Source of the DNA: a virus
Lineage: Duplodnaviria; Caudoviricetes
IMG/VR virus record: IMGVR_UViG_3300032292_000618
Location: 64,001 to 128,000 of that record
DNA: 64,000 nt
Strand: one strand, 5' to 3'
Shown here: piece after piece, positions 55,532-64,000 of the stretch
How the letters are laid out: every line of letters starts with the position of its first letter
How positions within the stretch are numbered: position 1 is the first letter of the stretch
Notes under the pieces: model-generated
The model's input: only the letters and a program-made list of their open reading frames with translations
Told to the model about the DNA's origin: nothing
The model's database searches: none
Made by a program: the position numbers and the translations under genes

Positions 55532-57627
55532 TGTTATTAGAACAAAGTTTAGTTAATCCAAATTTTATTGGTAAAGATTCTTTTAGGTGGTTTGTCGGTC
55601 AGGTAACTAAATTTAAAAATACCGATAACGGATATAAAGTAAAGGTTAGAGTTATTGGATACCATCCTGATGCTGCTAGTCTGGTCAAAGATGAAGATCT
55701 CCCTTGGGCTCATGTCTTAGTACCATTAAACATGGGTGCTGGTGAAGGTGGTACTGGAGTAAGTTTTAACCCAAGAGGATCAGAGACAGTAATTGGATTT
55801 TTTGCTGATGGAGAAGATGGTCAGCAACCAGTTGTAATAGGTGCTCTTTTTTCTGGAGCTACTATTGTTCACCCAAATGGATGGAATGTTGGAACTAATG
55901 GGTTTAAACCATTTAAAGCAGAGCCAGGATCACAACCTAATCAAAGCAATGTTGTAGCAGAAACTGGAAAACCACCTGGAGATAGTGGAACTATTCCAAA
56001 TGCAGATGGAACTATCACTGATAAGGATGGAAAAAATAAAGAAACACAAAGACAAAAAACAGCAGCATCTAATGAGAGTCAAGTAGTAACTATAGTTCCT
56101 TCATGTAAGAGTAGTGAAGATATCTTTGGAAAAATAGCACAAGCTTTAAGAAAATTCGTAAAAATATTAAACACTGTTACTAATTTTGCAGATACTTATA
56201 TAAATCCAGTTCTGAATTATATTCAAGACATTCCATCTTTAATTTTTGAAATAGCAACAGCAGTTTCTGATGGCATTTCAAATTATATTAAAATAGTAAG
56301 AGACACTATTATTTCAGAAATATATGATAAGTTGAAGGGTATTATAGAAGGATTCCTTCCTAAAGATTTAATATTAATTAAAAAAATAGCTACTGATAAA
56401 ATAGTAGATGGAATTTGGTGCCTTTTTCAAAATATTCTTAAAAAATTATTTAAATTTGTGTTTGATTTTCTGTTTGGAATGATTGGAAAGGTGGTATCCA
56501 TTCCACTTTGTGCAGCAGAAAGTTTCATTGGAAGTATTATGCAATCTCTTGCTAATGAGATTGCGGAAAATATAGGTCCAGCATTAGATGAAATCACTTC
56601 AGTTCTTGGGGAAGGGATTGGAACAATTGCATCATATATTGGAAAGGCAATAGGGTATGCAAGATTAGCTTTATCATTCTTAACTTGTGAGAATGCAGAG
56701 TGTCAAGCAGTTTTTGATTATGAGATGAATAAAGGATATGTTCCAAAGGGTGATGTTAACTTTGCCAAAATTTTAAATTATAGTCCTGCTCAAGGGGTTA
56801 GAAATTTATTCAATGATGGAGCATCCCAATCTAAAATTTGGTTGGGTTCTGTTGGAGTAGGTGAAGGAGTTACCGCAGAGGCAATTGAGCAGTTTAATTC
56901 TGGTTTAGGTTTTGGATTAAGTATTGTTGGTGGTTGTGATGCTTCTATTCTTGATTGTGGATTCCCTAAAGTTACTATATTTGGAGGAGGGGGATCTGGT
57001 GCTTCAGGAAGTGTCATTGTAGATACTTTTGGACAAATTCTTGGAGTTAATATTTTAGATCCAGGATCTGGATATACATCAGCACCTTATATTTCTATAG
57101 ATGATAATTGTGAAACTGGATCTGGGGCAAGAGCATATTCTACATTAGGTACAAATGGATCAATTAATACAATAGTAATGACATATCCAGGATCTGGGTA
57201 TATTGGACCAGATAGTGTTTCTACTGGAACTGGAACTGCTACTGGATCTGATGGGATTGAAGTAGATCCTTGTGATGTAAATCCAGTTGATGAAAATGGT
57301 AATGAAGTTGTGGCATTTATTAAAGATGTTATAGTTTTAAATACAGGAATTTCTTACAAGACTACAGATAAAATAACAAATTCAATTTGTAATACTGATG
57401 TAGAAATTTATCCCAAAACAGATCCTGATGGTAGAATAATAGGAGTAAACATAGTAAATCCTGGAACTGCAATTAGAGTCTATCCAGAATTGACAATAAA
57501 TACTGAGGATGGTTTTGGTGCTACTTTACTTCCAATTTTAGAGTTTAGACCTATAAAACCCGTGTCTATAGAAACTGATAGACAAAAAGTTGAACAAGTA
57601 ATTCTTTGTGCAGAAGAACATGAGTGA
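55531..57627 (+). CDS. gp5: Baseplate hub/spike protein (gp5 N-terminal OB fold)
   Basis: RWFVGQV...KVRVIGYH...LPWA...VIGFFADGEDGQQPVVIG. Confidence 0.88.
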   Translation: MLLEQSLVNPNFIGKDSFRWFVGQVTKFKNTDNGYKVKVRVIGYHPDAASLVKDEDLPWAHVLVPLNMGAGEGGTGVSFNPRGSETVIGFFADGEDGQQPVVIGALFSGATIVHPNGWNVGTNGFKPFKAEPGSQPNQSNVVAETGKPPGDSGTIPNADGTITDKDGKNKETQRQKTAASNESQVVTIVPSCKSSEDIFGKIAQALRKFVKILNTVTNFADTYINPVLNYIQDIPSLIFEIATAVSDGISNYIKIVRDTIISEIYDKLKGIIEGFLPKDLILIKKIATDKIVDGIWCLFQNILKKLFKFVFDFLFGMIGKVVSIPLCAAESFIGSIMQSLANEIAENIGPALDEITSVLGEGIGTIASYIGKAIGYARLALSFLTCENAECQAVFDYEMNKGYVPKGDVNFAKILNYSPAQGVRNLFNDGASQSKIWLGSVGVGEGVTAEAIEQFNSGLGFGLSIVGGCDASILDCGFPKVTIFGGGGSGASGSVIVDTFGQILGVNILDPGSGYTSAPYISIDDNCETGSGARAYSTLGTNGSINTIVMTYPGSGYIGPDSVSTGTGTATGSDGIEVDPCDVNPVDENGNEVVAFIKDVIVLNTGISYKTTDKITNSICNTDVEIYPKTDPDGRIIGVNIVNPGTAIRVYPELTINTEDGFGATLLPILEFRPIKPVSIETDRQKVEQVILCAEEHE

Positions 57628-58180
57628 ACCACAACCAGGATATGTATTTAATGATTCTAGATTTGGATCTTTGTTCATTGGATCAGACAAAGGTGCAAAA
57701 GTAAAAAGACCTAGACAAGTAGAACTTCATTCAGCATCAAATGCTCATTTAAAATTATTTGATGATGGTGGATTTGAGTTAACTAGTAATCCTACAGCAA
57801 GAGAATCTGATAATATTAATAGCAATTCTAAAGATGGATTAAATATACAAGGAAATAATATCAGAATTGATGCTAGAAATGGAGAACTTACATTAGCAGC
57901 AAGAGTCATTAGGTTTGAATCTTCTGCTAGTGATCAAACTTTGGTCTTTAGATCTTCTAATAACATTGAGATAGAAGCAGCAGACACAGTAAGAATATGT
58001 GCTGCTAATATTGCAATTGGTGCTAAAAATAAACTGATACTTTCAAGCAAAGGTCCTACATACATTAGAGGTACTGGTGGAGTTACCATCATAGAACCTA
58101 GATCTAAATTAATTCCAACTAGTCTTAATGAACTAGTAGAAAAAATTATAGAAACTATTTTACCTGATGCTGGTTGTTAA
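57620..58180 (+). CDS. Baseplate spike-associated protein
   Basis: Beta-strand repeat pattern; follows gp5. Confidence 0.6.
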   Translation: MSEPQPGYVFNDSRFGSLFIGSDKGAKVKRPRQVELHSASNAHLKLFDDGGFELTSNPTARESDNINSNSKDGLNIQGNNIRIDARNGELTLAARVIRFESSASDQTLVFRSSNNIEIEAADTVRICAANIAIGAKNKLILSSKGPTYIRGTGGVTIIEPRSKLIPTSLNELVEKIIETILPDAGC

Positions 58181-58182
58181 TT

Positions 58183-58878
58183 ATGGCAATTATTAATACC
58201 GTAGAAACAGAAGGGATGCAGGCTGGATTAGCAGCAGCACCTCCTTTAGCTACTGTTGACATTTGGCAAAGTCTAGATCCAATTAGACCTTTTGCACTAC
58301 AAACAACAGGAATTAATCAACTCAATGGATTAACTAATCAAATTGGAACACATAATGCATTTGGATTATCTAATGCTTTTGGGGCACATTTAAAATTTGG
58401 CACTAGTACTTCTTTTGGGTTGAAAGGAGACCTTGGAATTAAGGCAGATGCTATTATCAAAAAATTTGAAGCAACTCCTGGTTGGAGTGCAGCATCTCCA
58501 CTTGGAAAGTTTTTTGGTAAATTTGATGTTATTGGGTCATTAACAGAAAATGGTACAGCAGTCAGATTAGTTTCTGATGGTAGATTAAAAACTAATATTA
58601 CTCCACTTAAAAATTCTTTGAGTAAGATTTTAAGTCTTCAAGGAGTTGAATATGATAGAATTAAAAATAACAACCATGAAGTTGGAATGATAGCTCAAGA
58701 AGTGGAAAAAATAATACCAGAATTAGTAGTAGAAAATTCTGAAGGATATAAAATGATCTATTATGAAAATTTAAGTGCAGTGTTAGTAGAAGCAATTAAA
58801 GAGCAGCAAGAACAAATCAATACCTTGAAGCAGACAGTTCAGGAACTGTCCACTAAGTTGGCAGAGTGCTGCCCTTGA
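58183..58878 (+). CDS. Tail spike/fibre protein with S74 intramolecular chaperone domain
   Basis: SDGRLKTNI...GVEY...GMIAQEVE...PELV...LVEAIKE. Confidence 0.85.
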   Translation: MAIINTVETEGMQAGLAAAPPLATVDIWQSLDPIRPFALQTTGINQLNGLTNQIGTHNAFGLSNAFGAHLKFGTSTSFGLKGDLGIKADAIIKKFEATPGWSAASPLGKFFGKFDVIGSLTENGTAVRLVSDGRLKTNITPLKNSLSKILSLQGVEYDRIKNNNHEVGMIAQEVEKIIPELVVENSEGYKMIYYENLSAVLVEAIKEQQEQINTLKQTVQELSTKLAECCP

Positions 58879-58915
58879 TGCTATAATGGTAGGGTAAGCA
58901 AGACCAGTACCTACC

Positions 58916-59086
58916 ATGCAGATTGATCGCACCCAACTTGATGAACTCAATGGCATTCTTGAAGATGTTGCCTCTCATTTCTGTGAAGAAAATATGGTGA
59001 GTGGCGAAACTTTTTGGACTTGTGTTGAAGCATTTGCTCAAGCAAAACTTGCAGAACTTCGTGGTGAGTTGGTATATGAGGGTTGA
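58916..59086 (+). CDS. Hypothetical protein, 56 aa (not in ORF track)
   Basis: MQIDRTQLDELN...VSGETFWTCVEAFAQAKLAELRG; TATAAT at 58882. Confidence 0.7.
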   Translation: MQIDRTQLDELNGILEDVASHFCEENMVSGETFWTCVEAFAQAKLAELRGELVYEG

Positions 59087-59111
59087 CTTGGTAAGGTGTT
59101 TGTGGTATAAT
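59083..59111 (+). promoter_or_regulatory. Sigma70 promoter for tRNA-Leu
   Basis: TTGACT-17 nt-TATAAT. Confidence 0.8.
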
Positions 59112-59158
59112 ATTTTAGTGTGAAGGAAGTGCTGGAGAGGATTTTTCCTCTCCATTCT

Positions 59159-59241
59159 GGGAGCGTGGTGAAATTGGTAAACACACGACACTTAAAATGT
59201 CGCGGGCATTGCCCTTGTCGGTTCAATTCCGACCGTTCCTA
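59159..59241 (+). tRNA. tRNA-Leu(TAA)
   Basis: Acceptor GGGAGCG/CGTTCCT; anticodon arm CGACA-CTTAAAA-TGTCG; long variable arm; T arm GTCGG-TTCAATT-CCGAC. Confidence 0.95.
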
Positions 59242-59256
59242 TTGTGTAATATGGGT

Positions 59257-59264
59257 TATAAATA
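59257..59264 (+). promoter_or_regulatory. T4-type late promoter
   Basis: TATAAATA before the HNH gene. Confidence 0.7.
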
Positions 59265-59286
59265 ACTAATAGTTATCTGGAACCTA

Positions 59287-59613
59287 ATGCCTTACAAAGA
59301 CAAAGATAAACAAAAAGAATATCAAAAAATTTGGGCACAACAAAATATCAAACCAAAATCACAACAAACTGGTTGGATAAAAAGAAAAGAAATAGTGCAA
59401 CAAGCAAAAAATAAACCTTGTTGTTGTTGTGGTGTTGAATACAATTCAGTTGTGATGGATTTGCATCACAAAGACCCATCTATCAAAGATGCTCACATAA
59501 GTAAACTTATGAAATCTTGTTCTTACCAAAAATTACAAGAAGAAATTGATAAGTGTGTTGTTCTTTGTGCTAACTGCCATCGTATGATACATGCAAATTT
59601 AATTGAATTGTAG
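59287..59613 (+). CDS. HNH endonuclease
   Basis: CCCC...MDLHHKD...KCVVLCANCHRMIH. Confidence 0.9.
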   Translation: MPYKDKDKQKEYQKIWAQQNIKPKSQQTGWIKRKEIVQQAKNKPCCCCGVEYNSVVMDLHHKDPSIKDAHISKLMKSCSYQKLQEEIDKCVVLCANCHRMIHANLIEL

Positions 59614-59685
59614 CAAACTAAAATCAACTTTTAATTCCAAAAATACCCTCGAAAAATCTCCAGGAAAAAATTGCCTGTAGGGTTT

Positions 59686-60477
59686 TTATAACCATTCTTC
59701 ATTAGCAGGGTCTTGGAAGAAACTTATAATAGTATTGCTAGTTGCAATTTCTGCATTTAATTCTTCTTTTTGTCTATCAAACCCATATTTTCTAATTTCA
59801 AATCTTGACCTTTCTTTTTTCAAATAATTTACTTTTGTGATTAAATCATTTCTTTCAGTTTGAAGAGGTGTTATTTGAGAAGTTAGATTTGTTATTGAGG
59901 TTGCATATCCAGTACAATCAGTTACTCCAGGACAAACTGGAAGAGTTGTTCTTGCAATTCCAACATTTCCATAATAGACCCCAAGAGAAGATTGTCCTAC
60001 CAAATCTTCAGTTCCTATACCTACATTTACAGATGTTAAAGATCCATTAATTTCTGCAAATGGATTTGGAGATGTGTATGAATATCCTCTGTATGGAATA
60101 GTATCTGCATACACAGTGATTGTATTAATACCAAGAAAGAATGGAGTATAAGTGAATGGAAATATTCCTGAAGTGCTAAATCCTGTAGCTCCTCCACAAC
60201 CACAATCATTAGCAGTTTGCCCAACATCTAAAATGGTGTTTTGAAGTCCTACAATTTTTGCATTTATTTCAACTATTTTATTATCTATTTTTTTAATTGG
60301 AGCATCAAAATAGTCTAATGTTTCTTGCACTCCATATAACCTAAACTCTTCCCCATTAGATAGTGTAGAGGTAAATCCGTTTTCTGTGTATATTACTTGT
60401 TGTATTTGCTCTGTATCAGATTCTACTTTTTGTTGATATAACGATATCAATGCTTCAGTACTAGTGCTAATTGCCAT
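59686..60477 (-). CDS. Hypothetical virion protein
   Basis: Coiled coils flanking a G/T-rich segment; TAAATA on the minus strand upstream. Confidence 0.7.
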   Translation of the reverse strand: MAISTSTEALISLYQQKVESDTEQIQQVIYTENGFTSTLSNGEEFRLYGVQETLDYFDAPIKKIDNKIVEINAKIVGLQNTILDVGQTANDCGCGGATGFSTSGIFPFTYTPFFLGINTITVYADTIPYRGYSYTSPNPFAEINGSLTSVNVGIGTEDLVGQSSLGVYYGNVGIARTTLPVCPGVTDCTGYATSITNLTSQITPLQTERNDLITKVNYLKKERSRFEIRKYGFDRQKEELNAEIATSNTIISFFQDPANEEWL

Positions 60478-60547
60478 AAATTACAAAATCTAGATAACAG
60501 TATTTATTGATAAATAAGACAGAAGAAAAATAGCAGGATACTCTACA

Positions 60548-63500
60548 ATGCCTTTAGCGAGACTAGAGAATTTTTTGAAGAATTTAAATGGAAATACTCT
60601 ATATGTAGATCCTAATGAATTAGATGCCTCAGATTCTATTGAAAATAGAGGAAACTCTAGAATTAGACCATTTAAGACGATTCAAAGAGCTTTAATTGAA
60701 GCAGCAAGATTCTCATATATACCTGGACCTAATAATGATCTATTTGATCAAACTACGATTTTAATTTCTCCAGGAACTCATTTTATTGATAATAGACCTG
60801 GATTTTATGTAGACCAAAATCAGGTTTTGAGAGATGTAAATAATTCCATAAAAACTATATCTGAATTAAATATTTCTTCAAATTTTGATTTAGATGACCC
60901 AGCAAATATATTATATACACTTAATAGTGCAGATGGGGGAGTAATATTACCTAAGGGAACATCTATTGTTTCTACGGATCTTAGAAAAACTAAGATTAAA
61001 CCAAAGTTTGTCCCCAATCCTATCAATGATTTAATTGCTCCTGCTGCTATTTTTAGGCTTACTGGTGCTTGTTACATTTATGGATTTACTATTTTTGATG
61101 GAGATCCAGTAGGAAAAGTTTACAGTAACTATACAACAAATACTTCAGTACCAAATTATTCTCACCATAAATTAACTGCATTTGAGTATGCAGATGATAG
61201 TAATACTTTAGTAAGGAATGGGGTAGATACTGGATATACAGATTTAGAGGCATATTACTATAAATTAAGTCTAGCATATGGTGCTCAATCTGGAAGAAGC
61301 ATTATTGATGGATTTACCAACTTCCAACCAAATGTAGATGAAAATAGAATCGTTGGAGAGTTGGGTCTTGGTTCAATTAGCATTATATCTGCAGTTTCTG
61401 GAAATGGAACTTCTGGTACTAATGTAATTACTGTACAGACTCAAACACCTCATGGTCTTTCTCCATTAACGCCAATTTTACTTTCTGGTCTTGGGCAAGA
61501 TGAAGGTCCAACAAGTGAATTAGAGTATAATGGAAATTATGTTGTTGCCCAGGTAACTAGCGAAACTGAGTTTACATATTTACTTTCAAATGTTCCTACC
61601 CAAACTCTAAATCCAAGTGTTTCTGGAGCAACAGTTAAGGTAATTTCAGATACAGTATCATCTGCATCTCCATACATATACAATTGCAGTTTGAAATCAG
61701 TCTATGGCATGAATGGTATTCATGCTGATGGTTCTAAAGTATCTGGATTTAAATCAGTTGTTACTGCACAATTTACTGGAATTTCCCTACAAAAAGATGA
61801 TAGAGCTTTTGTAGAATATGATGAAGCAGTTGGTGGATATAATTACCAAGAAAATTATGGTGTGGATAAATTCCTTCACCAATCATCTAGAGCAAAATAT
61901 AGACCATCTTGGGAAAGTTACCATGTAAAGGCAAGCAATAATTCATTCATTCAGTGTGTATCTATTTTTGCTATTGGTTATGCCAAACAGTTTGTAACTG
62001 AAAGTGGTGGTGATCAATCAATTACAAACTCTAACTCTAACTTTGGAGCTATATCTTTATTCTCAACTGGATTCAAAGATATTGTTTTAGCAAAAGATAA
62101 TCATGCATACATAACTCACATTATCCCGCCAAAAGATATCTCATCAATTGAAAGTGATGTTAGATATATTGATATAGATGCTACCTTAACATCAACAAAA
62201 GCACCTTCAAATCAAAACACTAGAGTATATCTGAAGGGATATATTGATCTATTAGATCCACCTCCAAACAATGTTAGAAATTTTGTTATTGGTGGTAAGC
62301 AAAATGATACTATATCATTTAAGAGAGCAAATGATCAATATTCTATTCCTATAAGTCCAAGTTATAAATCTGAATATGATGTAACTGGAATTGATGCAGA
62401 TACAAATATTATTACACTTTCTAGTGTATCTGGAATATCTACAGGCATATCTGGTAAAATTATTTCTGGTACTGGAGAACTTCCAGATGGAATAGTAGCA
62501 GATAAACTTTATAATTTAAGATTGACTGGAGGAACTGGAGTTAGGTTATACTCAAATTCTCTTAATGCAGAAACAAATACTGCACCAATAGATATAAAAA
62601 ATAGCGTAGGATTAACTACATCAAATTTAAAATTTGTTAGTAGAATTTCTGAAAAAAATTCTGGTGATGTTGGAAGTCCTGTTCAATGGGATGAAACTGC
62701 TTTAAATTGGTATGTTGGAGTAAACTCAGTAGGTTCTGGCGCAACTGACTTCTTTTTAAATCTAATTGGAGTTACTGCTCCAGGTTCATTCTTTACTAGA
62801 AAAGTTGACTCTAGATTTAATAAAGATAAACTTTATAGAGTAAGAATAGTAATACCAAAAGAATCAGAAAATTCTTCAGATTTATCTTCTGGTTTTATTA
62901 TTCAAAAAGCATCTAATGCTCTAGATTCTGCATTATATCAAGCAGATAGTGAGCAGTTAGTATCTTCTAATCCAATCAATCAAATAAGAAATGATGGGGC
63001 TATTGTAGATGCTTGGTATTCCTCTGGTACAGCCACTATAGTAACTAGCAAACCCCACAAATTAAATGTTGGTGATACTATTGAAGTTTATAATTTAAAG
63101 AGCACTAATGAACCAACCCCAGTGGGGTTAGGAACTGGAACTGGGTATAATGGAAAATTTACTGTTGCAAGTGTAATTAATGAAATTAGATTTACATATA
63201 CAATTTCAAGAAATCCTGGAACAATAACTTTAGGAACTTCTGCTGTTGCAACTTGGTTGAGCGAAAGAAATTGTTCTCAAACTTCAAACTATAGAGTTCC
63301 TCCATACACAATTTATGATGCAAATAGAACTAATTTGCCATATTTTGTTAATAAAAAGATAATTAATGATTATCAATTATATGATATTGAAACTATTCAA
63401 GAATATGTAGAGGGAACTTCAGATGGAATTTATCATGTAACATTAAATGCATTTAAAAATACCCCTACTATTGTTCCATTTAATACTGAGCAATATAAAT

Positions 63501-64000
63501 TATCTCAAAGCATAGAAAAATTATACCCAACTCAAGATTTAGACAATCCAATTGCAGATCCAGAAGGAACTATTAGTTTAGCTTCCAGAAAAGAAATTGG
63601 CACAGTAACTGTTAATGATGTTAAAAAGAGCGTTACTAAGGAAACTCTAACTTCATATCTTAAGGATTTTAATTTAACATCTAAAATTTCAGGCATTACT
63701 ACATATTATGATTCTGGGGTAGGAATTGCAACAGTAACAACTGCAATTTCTCATGGACTAGGTGGAATTAGAAGACTTACTGTTACAACTCCAGGATCAG
63801 GGTATGTTAATGGATTATTTTATGATGTTCCTCTTTGTGGTGGGAGTGGATCTAATGCAACTGCAAATATTAGAGTAGCATCTAATGTAGTAGCAGAAGC
63901 TAGTATTCAAAATCAAGGATCTGGTTATCTCTCTGGAGATCTATTAAGGGTTAGAGGAATTCCTGGATCTACTAATGATTGTTTCTTAACTGTATCTTCT
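60548..64000 (+). CDS. Large virion structural/tail-fibre protein, 3'-truncated (not in ORF track)
   Basis: MPLARLENFLKN...RPFKTIQRALIEAARFSY; frame appears open to the window end; TAAATA at 60511. Confidence 0.85.
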   Translation, partial: MPLARLENFLKNLNGNTLYVDPNELDASDSIENRGNSRIRPFKTIQRALIEAARFSYIPGPNNDLFDQTTILISPGTHFIDNRPGFYVDQNQVLRDVNNSIKTISELNISSNFDLDDPANILYTLNSADGGVILPKGTSIVSTDLRKTKIKPKFVPNPINDLIAPAAIFRLTGACYIYGFTIFDGDPVGKVYSNYTTNTSVPNYSHHKLTAFEYADDSNTLVRNGVDTGYTDLEAYYYKLSLAYGAQSGRSIIDGFTNFQPNVDENRIVGELGLGSISIISAVSGNGTSGTNVITVQTQTPHGLSPLTPILLSGLGQDEGPTSELEYNGNYVVAQVTSETEFTYLLSNVPTQTLNPSVSGATVKVISDTVSSASPYIYNCSLKSVYGMNGIHADGSKVSGFKSVVTAQFTGISLQKDDRAFVEYDEAVGGYNYQENYGVDKFLHQSSRAKYRPSWESYHVKASNNSFIQCVSIFAIGYAKQFVTESGGDQSITNSNSNFGAISLFSTGFKDIVLAKDNHAYITHIIPPKDISSIESDVRYIDIDATLTSTKAPSNQNTRVYLKGYIDLLDPPPNNVRNFVIGGKQNDTISFKRANDQYSIPISPSYKSEYDVTGIDADTNIITLSSVSGISTGISGKIISGTGELPDGIVADKLYNLRLTGGTGVRLYSNSLNAETNTAPIDIKNSVGLTTSNLKFVSRISEKNSGDVGSPVQWDETALNWYVGVNSVGSGATDFFLNLIGVTAPGSFFTRKVDSRFNKDKLYRVRIVIPKESENSSDLSSGFIIQKASNALDSALYQADSEQLVSSNPINQIRNDGAIVDAWYSSGTATIVTSKPHKLNVGDTIEVYNLKSTNEPTPVGLGTGTGYNGKFTVASVINEIRFTYTISRNPGTITLGTSAVATWLSERNCSQTSNYRVPPYTIYDANRTNLPYFVNKKIINDYQLYDIETIQEYVEGTSDGIYHVTLNAFKNTPTIVPFNTEQYKLSQSIEKLYPTQDLDNPIADPEGTISLASRKEIGTVTVNDVKKSVTKETLTSYLKDFNLTSKISGITTYYDSGVGIATVTTAISHGLGGIRRLTVTTPGSGYVNGLFYDVPLCGGSGSNATANIRVASNVVAEASIQNQGSGYLSGDLLRVRGIPGSTNDCFLTVSS

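Noticed and set aside
59038-59226. Minus-strand ORFs 59038..59226 and 58853..59191
   Set aside because: Antisense to tRNA-Leu and to a better plus-strand ORF
815-61277. Many short antisense or nested ORFs in the track (e.g. 1131..1448, 7510..7845, 25733..26143, 60820..61026)
   Set aside because: Shadows of well-supported genes with no motifs or ribosome-binding sites

Overview
A 64-kb segment of a T4-like cyanomyovirus (Kyanoviridae-type), AT-rich and visibly poor in CG dinucleotides. Core T4-like genes: primase gp61, nrdA/nrdB, thyX, phoH, gp33, gp59, gp32, gp53, gp48, gp2, gp4, gp54-like, gp26/gp51, gp27-like, gp5 and a large virion protein cut off by the window end. Cyanobacterial auxiliary genes: psbA, two hli, CP12, speD and an SLH-domain porin. 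There is a ~12-kb GDP-fucose/glycosyltransferase island, a second oxygenase/glycosyl/acetyl/methyl-transferase cluster, a lysis region, three tRNAs (Gly-TCC, Ile-TAT, Leu-TAA) and GIY-YIG/HNH nucleases. The most notable signals are missing from the ORF track: (1) an NtcA box, a glutamine (glnA) riboswitch and a 26-aa peptide after nrdB, which copies the control logic of host gifB; (2) a four-module tandem-pseudoknot RNA (manA-like) between tRNA-Ile and gmd; (3) an unassigned structured RNA in front of a secreted lysozyme; (4) a T TTT TTC -1 slippery site that would fuse gp26 to gp51 in the tail-chaperone G/GT arrangement. Family assignments rest on recognised motifs and gene order; no searches were run.
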